DNA from: Candidatus Bathyarchaeota archaeon | Lineage (GTDB): Archaea; Thermoproteota; Bathyarchaeia; Bathyarchaeales; Bathycorpusculaceae | Reading direction: 5' to 3' | Assembly: GCA_963775685.1 (NCBI GenBank) | Contig: CAVZJV010000014.1 | Location: 1,120,001-1,184,000, forward strand | Length of the DNA: 64,000 bases | Shown here: piece after piece, positions 49,901 through 57,775 of the stretch | Position numbering within the stretch: position 1 is the stretch's first letter | Layout: each line of letters starts with the position of its first letter | Position numbers and translations under genes: made by a program | Notes under the pieces: generated by a model | Database searches by the model: none | What the model was told of the DNA's origin: nothing | Seen by the model: only the letters and a program-made list of their open reading frames with translations

Positions 49901-50775
49901 CTTGCGGGCGGAATACCTGATGCCTCGTTGTTGAAGTATGTGGTGACGTGGTACTGGAGTAGTTCGGAGAGGTCTTGGATGATAAGGGTTGGAGCGCCTG
50001 CTTCCATGTTTTCTTTCAAACGCTGGTTAATTCTGATGATGTCGACGAGTTTGTGGGTTAAGTCGTCTTCTGAGCGGATACCTGATTCCAATGTGATTGA
50101 GGGTCGCACGTAAACTGGTGGAACAGGGAGAACTTGAAGAACCATCCATTCAGGGCGGGCCACCTTGGGGTTGAAACCTAAAATTTCCAGATCTTCGTCT
50201 GAGACACGTTCAAGTCGTTCGCGTATCATGCTTGGAGTTAGAGGTTCGGAGCCTGCTTCAGTTTGCTCGATGAACTTTGTTGGTTTCTCAAAGGTAATTT
50301 TGAATTGGGCGGCTGCACAGTAGGGGCATTGTTTTGCTTTTATATCTGTCAAGATTTCCTTGTAAACTTCGTCTGGGATTGTTCCTAAGAGATCATTGAA
50401 CCTTTCAATTCTTTGGCGTGCTTTTTTGGAAGCTTCCTCGGAGAGGAGAATGCGACCACATGTGCGGCAAGTTGCTTTCAAGAGGTCAAAAATTATCTTC
50501 GTAAATTCAATGTGAACTATTGGTACAGCAAGTTCGATGTGTCCAAAGTGTCCTGGGCAGCGGATGGCTGTGTTTCCGCAAGTTTTGCATCTTTGTCTTG
50601 GTTCAAGAGTACCTAGTCTGCCGTCCATTAAGCCTGCGGTGATTGGTGCGCCATCTTCGTCATAGGTATCTGGAGTTTGGATTTCCACGACGGATTGTTT
50701 ACGTAGATCTTTAGGTGAGATTAATCCGAATGAGATTTCGTCAACTATTTTATGTATCAATTCTTCCTGGGACAT
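46942..50775 (-). CDS. rpoA1: DNA-directed RNA polymerase largest subunit, fused A'/A'' (Rpo1)
   Basis: CPGHFGHI, NADFDGD, AAQSIGEPGTQMTLRTFH and A''-type C-terminus in one 1277-aa ORF. Confidence 0.98.
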   Translation of the reverse strand: MSQEELIHKIVDEISFGLISPKDLRKQSVVEIQTPDTYDEDGAPITAGLMDGRLGTLEPRQRCKTCGNTAIRCPGHFGHIELAVPIVHIEFTKIIFDLLKATCRTCGRILLSEEASKKARQRIERFNDLLGTIPDEVYKEILTDIKAKQCPYCAAAQFKITFEKPTKFIEQTEAGSEPLTPSMIRERLERVSDEDLEILGFNPKVARPEWMVLQVLPVPPVYVRPSITLESGIRSEDDLTHKLVDIIRINQRLKENMEAGAPTLIIQDLSELLQYHVTTYFNNEASGIPPARHRSGRALKTLSQRLKGKEGRFRSNLSGKRVDFSARTVISPDPNLDINEVGVPQDVAMRLSVPEKVTAWNIEEMKKLVVNGPENYPGALYIIRPDGKRIRLEFVVDRTKIAEAVELGFIVERHLKNGDIAIFNRQPSLHRMSIMAHYVRVLPYKTFRLHLCVCPPYNADFDGDEMNLHVPQSEEARTESLLLMQVQDQILSPRFGGPIIGAIRDFVTSAYYFTRKGNYVTRSQVNRLLTATNYTGAVPEPEINTPEPLWSGKQIFSLYLPKTLNYSLKANICQGCTKCEEEECKHDAYVVVKNGQLVSGIIDRRSIGSEQSESLLHRIIKDYGTQAGREFLNKITHLLKQFISMRGFSYTYDELVLSPRARTRMAKTMDRIQKKIDEHIQNYRNGTLPRLPGQTLEESFEIYVMHELAVARDESGKIADDDFTLENAGIVMTRAGARGSSLNIGQMAACVGQQSVRGKRILRGYAGRALPHFVDGDPSPRARGFVYNSYQTGLDAIEFFFHAMGGREGLVDTAVRTQQSGYMQRRLINALEHIRLEYDNTVRDSAGDIIQFRYGEDGVDPAKSDHGKAVNVSRLIDQIKIGEEKGEVASSEHIKKQLKNVENQITPILLNQLKTNLAKNKLTAKGVTKAATQTAEQYKRALMEPGEAVGIVAAQSIGEPGTQMTLRTFHYAGVKEQNVTLGLPRLIEIVDARRIPSTPIMTIYLKGEHAKSKEGAVEVARNIIYTTVENLASAIYEDPVREEIIIELNKQMMDDRAITMDELKDRMELQNATVTVTDTTVEIKPKKAEQLKRMLTKVPGFQVKGVPDIKRVLVTEESGEWVIRTDGSNLSKVLEVIGVDTSRTTTNNIHEIAKTLGVEASRNALVNEAKGVLEDQGLDVDVRHVMLVADMMTTTGDVQQIGRHGISGKKASVLARAAFEITVPNIVEAAVKGESDPLAGVTENVIVGQSIPIGTGLVELYMSTFERQEKDGGKTES

Positions 50776-50776
50776 T

Positions 50777-53700
50777 TTATGCCTTCTCCTTTAGTCTTAA
50801 TTTTGGTGTAATGCATAAACTCTGAAGCTCTTGCAACAAAAGCTTGAAAGCATAAGATACGATAACTGGGGCAATCTTGGCTTTCTCATCGCAAATCTTG
50901 CAGACGTAACGCCTTTGCTTCATGTCAAAGTAAGCGATTTGTCCGCAGTTTTCGCAGATGTAGAGTGTGTACTTGTCAGATTCTTCCAGCAACCTATCTC
51001 TAAGCAACATAGCGGCTCCGTGTCCTATGAGGCAGTCTCGTTCCATTTCTCCGAACCGAAGACCACCGCCCCTTGCTCGACCTTCAGTTGGCTGGCGGGT
51101 GAGCATTTGCACTTGACCGCGGGCTCTGGCGTGAATTTTGTCAGCAACCATGTGGTGAAGTTTCTGGTAGTAGACTATGCCAACGAATATATCTGCGACG
51201 AATTTTTCTCCTGTGGTGCCGTTGTAGAAGACTTCGCTTCCGGTTTGGCTGAATCCGAGTTTGACTAGGTTTTTGCGTACTTCGTCGGGTCCTTCGTTCG
51301 AGAAGGGTGTGCCGTCGCCGGGTTTGCCTCTTGCGCAGGCTGCTTTGCCTGAGAGTGATTCGATGAATTGTCCGATGGTCATTCTTGAGGGGATTGCGTG
51401 TGGGTTGATTATTAGGTCTGGAACCATTCCATCGTCTGTAAAAGGCAGGTCTTCTTGTGCAACTATTAAGCCGATGACTCCTTTCTGTCCGTGGCGTGAA
51501 GCGAATTTGTCGCCTAGTTCAGGGACTCTTTGGTCTCTTACTCGGACTTTTACGAGTTGGCTTCCTTCGCCTGACATCGTTACGAATATGCCGTCGACGA
51601 TTCCTGTTTCGGAAGGCCGCATGTCTACTGACGTGTCCCGCATTGAGGGTCCTTTAACTTCAAATTCTTTGTACTCTTCTAAAAATCTTGGAGGGCTAAT
51701 TCTACCGATCAAAACGTCTCCGCCGACCACTTGGGATTCTAAGCCAATTATTCCATCGGGTTCAAGTAAACGGTAGTATTGTTCACCTCGGTAACCGCGT
51801 GTGCCTGGTTCTGGAACGGTAAATTTGTCTTTTAATCCTCCTAAATATTGGCGGCATTCAGCTTCGTAGATACGGTAGAAAGTTGATCGGGCTAATCCTC
51901 GTTCAATGGATGCTTTGTTGAATATGATTGCGTCTTCCATGTTGTAGCCTTCGAAGCTAAGCACTGCAACAACACAGTTTTGTCCCGTGGGACGTTGTTT
52001 GTAACCCATAACATCCATGTTTTCAGTTTGTACCATAGGAACTTGTGGGTAGTGTAAGATGTGTGAACGTGAGTCAACGCGGTGGTGGAAGTTTGTGCCA
52101 TAAACTCCCAGCGCCTGTTTAGCCATGGCAGCTTGGTACGAGTTACGTGGTGACTGGTTGTGTTCCGGATATGGAATGGTTGAGGCACAAATTCCTAGAA
52201 TGGTAAAGGTTGCAATTTCCACGTGTGAGGACTTTGGTTCGACACCATCATATGAGAGTGCTATGTAAGTGTTTTCTTCTTCTTCAGCATCCAAATACTC
52301 AACTAAACCGTTCTTAACGAGATCTTCCCAAGTCCATTCACCTAAACCGATTTTCTCGAAGTGCTTGTTGCCGAGTTTTGGAACGCCGTTTTCTACAATT
52401 ATGAGAGGACGTCTGACTCTGCCTTCGTCGCAGTTTGCGTGTACTTCTTCGGTTTCTGTTTGAGCTTTGGAAAAGTAAGTTACGTTAACTTCAGTGGATA
52501 TTTCTCCTGTGCGCCTTTTTTGGCGGAATGACTGCACCAATTCTTGCGGGTTATTGCAGTAGCCGATTATGTTTCCGTCGACAAAGACTTTGGCGCCTGA
52601 AATACGCAACTCAATGGTGACCTCGTATGCTGGTACAGTGCCCATTTCAAAGAGTAACTGCTTAATTTTGTCCGGGTTCACTCCCACTGCGATGGAGGCT
52701 GATAAGGCGAGGTTTTTGACGAGCCCGCAGTTTGAACCTTCAGGAGTTTCATTGGGGCATAATCGTCCCCAGTGGGTTGGGTGTAAGTCTCGGGCTTCGA
52801 AGTTAGGTTGGCTTCTACTCAATGGTGATTGGAGTCGTCTAAGGTGGCTGAGGGTGGATATGTAGTTTGTGCGATCAAGGAGTTGGGTTATACCGACTCT
52901 GCCTCTTCCCCAGTTGCCCGTTGCTAATGCATGCTGGAAACGTTCAGTTATGATACCTGGGCGGACTGCGGCTGAGACAGTTATGATTGGGCCTTTAACG
53001 CCGATGCGTTCAAGTTGGTATTTTATGTCTCGTGTCAAGTTGCGGAATGAGACGCGGAAAAGGTCTGCTAGAAGGGGACCACCGAGTCTTAGACGTTTGT
53101 TTTTGAAGTGGTCTTTATCGTCGGGTTGGCGTCTGCCTGTTTTTAGTTGGATAACACGGTATGCCATTTCGCCAAGGAAGATGGCTTTTTCTTTGCGGTT
53201 TTTGTCACTTCTTCCAAGGTGTGGCAGAAAGTTTTTGTCTAAGGCGGTTTCGGCTTTTTGAAGTCGGTATTCTTCGACTTGCCCATGAGCCACACGGTTG
53301 CCGATGAATAGGATGGCATCGCTGGGAGTGTCTACACCGATCGCTTTTTCGAATGATGCCGAGAGTTGTGTTTGGGTTTCGCTATCGAGTGTAACAGCCT
53401 CGGCTATGTCTTTATCTTTTTCCATTGTTAATGCGCGCATGATAACAACGAAGGGAATTTCTGTTGGGACTCCGGGCATTGTTACGTAGATTGCGTCGTC
53501 AGATTTGAGTTTGAGTTCGATTCTGGCTCGGAACCCGACTGTAGTTGAGAAAATCTTTGCTTGATAGACTGGAGAGGTTCCTTTTTCGTCTATGTCAACG
53601 ATTACGCGGTTTGGAGCCAAGTCTTCCATGGCAACGATAACGCGTTCTGAACCATTAACTACAAAGTATCCACCTGGGTCATCGGGGTCTTCACCCGCCG

Positions 53701-54142
53701 CAATCAGTTCTTCTTTGGACAACTGGCTAAGGAAGCAAAGTTTGCTCTTCAGCATAACAGGGATGTTCCCAATGTAGACCAGCTCAGTATCCTGCTCTCT
53801 TCCATCCACAACAGGAGTCATTTCAAGAGCTATGGGCGCTGAATACGCCAAGTTTCTCAGTCGGGCTTCCATTGGGTAAATTTCATGTTTTGTTCCATCT
53901 ACCTCTGTGGCATATGGTCCTGTGATTCTTGATTGTGGGTCGATTACCCAGATTTGTCCGAGTTTGACTTTGTAGGGACTTTCTGGAACCTCGATAGGGA
54001 TTTCAGCCACTTCGTCGACGACTTCTTGGAGCCCGTGGTCGATGAATTCGTTGTAGCTGTCAAGGTGCTGGCGAACAAGGCCTTTTTCGCTGAAGAAAGT
54101 TTTCAGTAGATCATGGATATCTTCTTTTTGTACATTCGTCAA
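50777..54142 (-). CDS. rpoB: DNA-directed RNA polymerase subunit B, unsplit (Rpo2)
   Basis: GGYFVVNGSERV, CPNETPEG, GDKFASRHGQKG, GGLRFGEMERD, C-terminal Zn ribbon. Confidence 0.98.
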   Translation of the reverse strand: MTNVQKEDIHDLLKTFFSEKGLVRQHLDSYNEFIDHGLQEVVDEVAEIPIEVPESPYKVKLGQIWVIDPQSRITGPYATEVDGTKHEIYPMEARLRNLAYSAPIALEMTPVVDGREQDTELVYIGNIPVMLKSKLCFLSQLSKEELIAAGEDPDDPGGYFVVNGSERVIVAMEDLAPNRVIVDIDEKGTSPVYQAKIFSTTVGFRARIELKLKSDDAIYVTMPGVPTEIPFVVIMRALTMEKDKDIAEAVTLDSETQTQLSASFEKAIGVDTPSDAILFIGNRVAHGQVEEYRLQKAETALDKNFLPHLGRSDKNRKEKAIFLGEMAYRVIQLKTGRRQPDDKDHFKNKRLRLGGPLLADLFRVSFRNLTRDIKYQLERIGVKGPIITVSAAVRPGIITERFQHALATGNWGRGRVGITQLLDRTNYISTLSHLRRLQSPLSRSQPNFEARDLHPTHWGRLCPNETPEGSNCGLVKNLALSASIAVGVNPDKIKQLLFEMGTVPAYEVTIELRISGAKVFVDGNIIGYCNNPQELVQSFRQKRRTGEISTEVNVTYFSKAQTETEEVHANCDEGRVRRPLIIVENGVPKLGNKHFEKIGLGEWTWEDLVKNGLVEYLDAEEEENTYIALSYDGVEPKSSHVEIATFTILGICASTIPYPEHNQSPRNSYQAAMAKQALGVYGTNFHHRVDSRSHILHYPQVPMVQTENMDVMGYKQRPTGQNCVVAVLSFEGYNMEDAIIFNKASIERGLARSTFYRIYEAECRQYLGGLKDKFTVPEPGTRGYRGEQYYRLLEPDGIIGLESQVVGGDVLIGRISPPRFLEEYKEFEVKGPSMRDTSVDMRPSETGIVDGIFVTMSGEGSQLVKVRVRDQRVPELGDKFASRHGQKGVIGLIVAQEDLPFTDDGMVPDLIINPHAIPSRMTIGQFIESLSGKAACARGKPGDGTPFSNEGPDEVRKNLVKLGFSQTGSEVFYNGTTGEKFVADIFVGIVYYQKLHHMVADKIHARARGQVQMLTRQPTEGRARGGGLRFGEMERDCLIGHGAAMLLRDRLLEESDKYTLYICENCGQIAYFDMKQRRYVCKICDEKAKIAPVIVSYAFKLLLQELQSLCITPKLRLKEKA

Positions 54143-54682
54143 ATTTTCAAATCTCCCATAAATTTAACATAGAAATATGATGATTGTGATTTTTTGACTG
54201 GGTTAACTGGGTTTGTTTCACTCTTTCATTTCCTCCGATATTGGGTAGTCCAATTCGAAAAAGGGTTTCATCTAAGTTTTCTAAGAGCACAAACAGAAGC
54301 CGCATACCTTGCATATAAACTTTATTATGCACATCGCATTTAAAGTTAAAGGACTGTTAAACGTTCATAGAGTAATCTGTTAAAGAACCTTTGGCTTTGC
54401 TTTGAATTTAGTAAAAAAAAATTGTTCAAAATGTTTTCTAATATCCTGAAGGTACCATAACTGGATTTTGATTGTCTGTTAGAAGTACATTAAATCCGTT
54501 TTTCATCAAATTTCGTAGATTTATTTTTTCTCAGCAGCCGTTGTTCAAGATTACTTGCAAAACAACTTTTAGAAGACTGCCCCAGAATATGGCTTTTTTA
54601 CGTCTTAAAATTGTTTAAGTTGCAACTGATGTGCATATTCAGATGCAGTGGGTAACTACAACAGCAATAACCTATGCGCAAA

Positions 54683-55000
54683 CTAGTAATTGACAACTCT
54701 GTAACGGTTACGACCCAACCGACTCTGCCTCTCCTGTTGGGTCTTAGTCACATTTGAATTTTCCGTCTTCACCTCAAAAACTGTCGGTTCCCCAACCTTT
54801 TCACCAAAAAAATCCCGCTTCTGAACAACAAAATCGCCACCTTCCCGAATTTTTTGGCAATCATGACCCTGCATAGTCTGATCAAACGCAAAGCGATCTC
54901 GGGCAATCTCACCCTTCTGGCATCTTTCCGATTGGCTGAATCTTCGGGAAGTGTTGCCAAATCCCATGCGTTTTCTGGGGTCTGAGTTTTTTATAACCAA
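54683..55000 (-). CDS. Small PD-(D/E)xK nuclease-fold protein
   Basis: KGE.A....GGDFVV...VFEVKT...Q pattern. Confidence 0.55.
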   Translation of the reverse strand: MVIKNSDPRKRMGFGNTSRRFSQSERCQKGEIARDRFAFDQTMQGHDCQKIREGGDFVVQKRDFFGEKVGEPTVFEVKTENSNVTKTQQERQSRLGRNRYRVVNY

Positions 55001-55061
55001 TTAAGCTTTAACCTTTTGCCTTATAATAGCGAGGGGTGTAAATAAAAATTTGCCAAATTTT

Positions 55062-55949
55062 TCAACGTTTAATAATATCTACGTTTGAGCCTTCAGGTCT
55101 GCAGTCAACTGTTTTCTTGGAAATCAAAGTAAGCAAATTAGCATCTACTTCATAGCCAACGCTACTGCGTTCATTTTTCATTGCAATCTTTGTGGTTGTA
55201 CCTGAGCCTAGGAATGGATCGAGAACCATTTCGCCTTTGACACTAAACATTTTGATTAGGCGTTCTGCGATTTCTTCAGGGTACGCTGCGGTTCTGCGTT
55301 CCAGTTCGCTTGCGGTTTGCCTTGTTCCTTTCAGCGACCAGATTTGGCTAAACCACTCATCCCGCTGCTTTTTGGTGAAGGCACTCTCATAACGCAAGGC
55401 ATCTTTGGGTTGGAATTTGCGCAGACTTCTCTTCCTAAACAGCAAAATAAACTCGCAATCCAACGTAACATAGGCGTTTGGAGGAAGGAATCCTGAGCCT
55501 AAAAATGCTCCTTTGCCCTTGTAGGCTGGCTTGTTTGTAGGTTTTTTCCAAAGAATGTACGGAAGGGTGGTGAATCCGATTTTTTCGCAAATCTCGGTGA
55601 TTCGTGAGTGATTTGGATAGAGTTGGAATTTGGCGTTGATGCTACGGGTTGCGTCACCGATGTTTATACACGCGATTCCGCCGTCGACAAGTACGCGGTG
55701 GGTTTCAGCCCAAACTTTAGCCAAGTTTTCATGCATAGCTGTGTAGATTTGCCGCACAATTTCCATGCTGCCTTCTGAGTCCATTTTTTTGAATAATTTC
55801 GCTATTTTAGGATCAGCCCTGCAGAACAGTTCGTCCCACATGGCTATCATGGGGTAAGGCGGAGAAGTTACCATCAAATGGACACTGCCGTCGGCTAGCT
55901 CGGGCATTTGTTGGCTATTACCAACTATTATTTTGTGCTGGGTCTGCAT
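55062..55949 (-). CDS. Site-specific DNA methyltransferase (N4-C/N6-A, beta class)
   Basis: VTSPPY catalytic motif precedes DPFLGSGTT SAM motif; WKKP. Confidence 0.92.
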   Translation of the reverse strand: MQTQHKIIVGNSQQMPELADGSVHLMVTSPPYPMIAMWDELFCRADPKIAKLFKKMDSEGSMEIVRQIYTAMHENLAKVWAETHRVLVDGGIACINIGDATRSINAKFQLYPNHSRITEICEKIGFTTLPYILWKKPTNKPAYKGKGAFLGSGFLPPNAYVTLDCEFILLFRKRSLRKFQPKDALRYESAFTKKQRDEWFSQIWSLKGTRQTASELERRTAAYPEEIAERLIKMFSVKGEMVLDPFLGSGTTTKIAMKNERSSVGYEVDANLLTLISKKTVDCRPEGSNVDIIKR

Positions 55950-56043
55950 TGTCTCTATCTATCATCAGTTGCTTGTTTTTACTTTTGTGGTAGACGGGAA
56001 ATGATTAATAAGACCGAGCCAAACAGTTTTCTATCCGAAACTT

Positions 56044-56193
56044 GCTACGGTAACCAAGCTAGGTCAAAGGTGAAAGAGCGCATTTAGGTGCGTTCCACTA
56101 AGGACTCAAGATCTCGACGCTTTGACTCAAGCGCCCAAATGGGAAATCCTTTCCCTCAGGGGTTCGCAGGTTCAAATCCTGCCCGTAGCACCA
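56044..56193 (+). tRNA. tRNA-Leu(CAA) with two introns (about 56075-56101 at 28/29 and 56111-56145 at 37/38); CCA encoded
   Basis: Acceptor GCTACGG/CCGTAGC+ACCA; anticodon arm AAGGA-CTCAAGA-TCCTT after splicing; long variable arm; T arm GCAGG-TTCAAAT-CCTGC; BHB-like motifs at both introns. Confidence 0.9.
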
Positions 56194-56209
56194 TTCCAGA
56201 TAAGCATTT

Positions 56210-57060
56210 TTACGTCTCCGCGGCTTTGCGAAGTATATCCCTAAGTTGCACCGTGAGAACCGATAATTGATGATTCTCAATTTCTCCAACTGCTGATATG
56301 TTGCCCATTGAAAGAGCTTCTCTGGACAGCAGTTGCTCAGGGTTTTCGCCTAGCGCCGTATCATTTCTTTGATGGTGTCAAGTTTGCTGATTTGGGTTTT
56401 CTTTCGTATTGCCAATCCTGCTGCGGCATATATGGCTCGCATTCTGTCGATGCCTAAGCTCTGAATATCGTGGTAAGTGTCAACCGTGTGTCCCATAAAG
56501 TAGTCAACGTAATCGGGTTGTACACCTAAAGCAAGCATTTGAGTTTTGAAGAATTTGCGAATGCTGTGGACTCTGAGATCATACATGGTTCCAGTTTTGT
56601 TAGGTTTAATGAAGCCTGCCTTGACGTAGAGGTCGTGGACGGTTTTTCTTAGCTGTTTTGTGCTGATGCCTTTGGGTTTTCTGCGGGTTTCATCTATAAG
56701 CCAATAAAACCGCGTGTAGAACACCCAGTTAGCCATAGGGTCTTTTAGCGTTACAAAAGTATCTGTGAAGACTTGGAAAATCTCCAGTATCCTAGCCATA
56801 AAGCGACGATTCGCTGCGTCCACGATTGCTTGGTCGCTTGACGACAGCGGAGTATAAGCGGTTTCCCCCCGTGATAGTGCTTCCTGCATTTCTTCCGCGT
56901 GAGCCTCTAAGATTTGAGTCGCTCGTCTATGTAATTCGGTTTCGGCTCGATCTAACTCTATGTCCCCGTTTTCCCATGTTATTTTAGTTGTACCTTTTTC
57001 GGGAAGTTCAGGCAACACGTTTTTTTCTAATTCATGCAGTCTCTTGCTTAAGATATTCAT
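56210..57060 (-). pseudogene. Chimera of an unknown element protein and the C-terminal part of a tyrosine recombinase
   Basis: HSIRKFF...FMGH..TY catalytic half only; a frameshift near 56355 continues as ALGENPEQLLSREAL...KAAET* to 56210. Confidence 0.75.
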
Positions 57061-57341
57061 TTTTTCTTTTCCTCTGATTTCGGTATCAATATGCTGTTCT
57101 TGAGCTGCTCCTCCAAGGCTATCACCCGAAACTCCAAATCCTCATCCTTGAGCAAACCGCCGTAGGTTGAGACGGCTGAAACTAGAACTCTCGCCCAACC
57201 CTGCTTAGCTCGGTCACTGTTGCCAGCACCATGAATTTTTTTGTGAGACAGGCTTAAAACACCGTCTAAAACGCGAAATAACGTGTTTCCGCGATCCTTT
57301 GTAGAACGGCTTGATGTTGGTTTCTTCACAGTTTCAGTCAT
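57057..57341 (-). CDS. Hypothetical mobile-element protein
   Basis: 94 aa, C-terminal LEFRVIALEEQLK coil; ATGA overlap with the next ORF. Confidence 0.6.
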   Translation of the reverse strand: MTETVKKPTSSRSTKDRGNTLFRVLDGVLSLSHKKIHGAGNSDRAKQGWARVLVSAVSTYGGLLKDEDLEFRVIALEEQLKNSILIPKSEEKKK

Positions 57342-57344
57342 TGG

Positions 57345-57473
57345 TTATGGGCTCCTTTTCTTCGCTTGGGCTCTTTGCTTACGCTTCACAAACCGCCAAT
57401 ACTCACGCAACTCAGCCGAATGCTTGAACAATTTCTCGATGTCCATGACATTGGCTATTTCACGTCTACCCAT
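57345..57473 (-). CDS. Small basic protein (42 aa), virus/plasmid-like
   Basis: MGRREIANVMDIEKLFKHSAELREYWRFVKRKQRAQAKKRSP; packed against the next ORF. Confidence 0.45.
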   Translation of the reverse strand: MGRREIANVMDIEKLFKHSAELREYWRFVKRKQRAQAKKRSP

Positions 57474-57775
57474 TTAAGAACTGAATAATAATTGTAAGAA
57501 ATTCCAAGTCAGATGTTGGAAGATAGAAAGAAAGTTACCGCAGAAAAAGGGCAGGCAACCGTTTGGCAAAACTCACGCAAGCGAATAAGACGGCAATTTT
57601 AGGGGTTGCTGAGGCTCTGGAACCGAATATAGGAGAAAAGAGGAAAATGCATAGCCTCTTTTGATTGCAGCTTTAATAATTCAAATTTTATCCAGAGCCT
57701 ACTCAACCCGTTTTATTCCAATGCATTTGTTCAAAACTAAAAAAATGGAAGGTGTTGTTGTTTGGTTGCTTTTAC

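Larger units (their letters stand above)
56210..57473 (-). mobile_element. Decayed integrated element at tRNA-Leu
   Basis: Integrase 3' end terminates about 17 bp from the tRNA CCA; small tightly packed ORFs upstream. Confidence 0.7.

Noticed and set aside
54147-54332. 61-aa ORF upstream of rpoB as rpoH
   Set aside because: No RpoH motifs (H.LVP.H, LP.I...DP); probably non-coding leader.
56088-56289. Short ORFs overlapping the tRNA
   Set aside because: Shadow ORFs of the tRNA gene and the frameshifted integrase tail.
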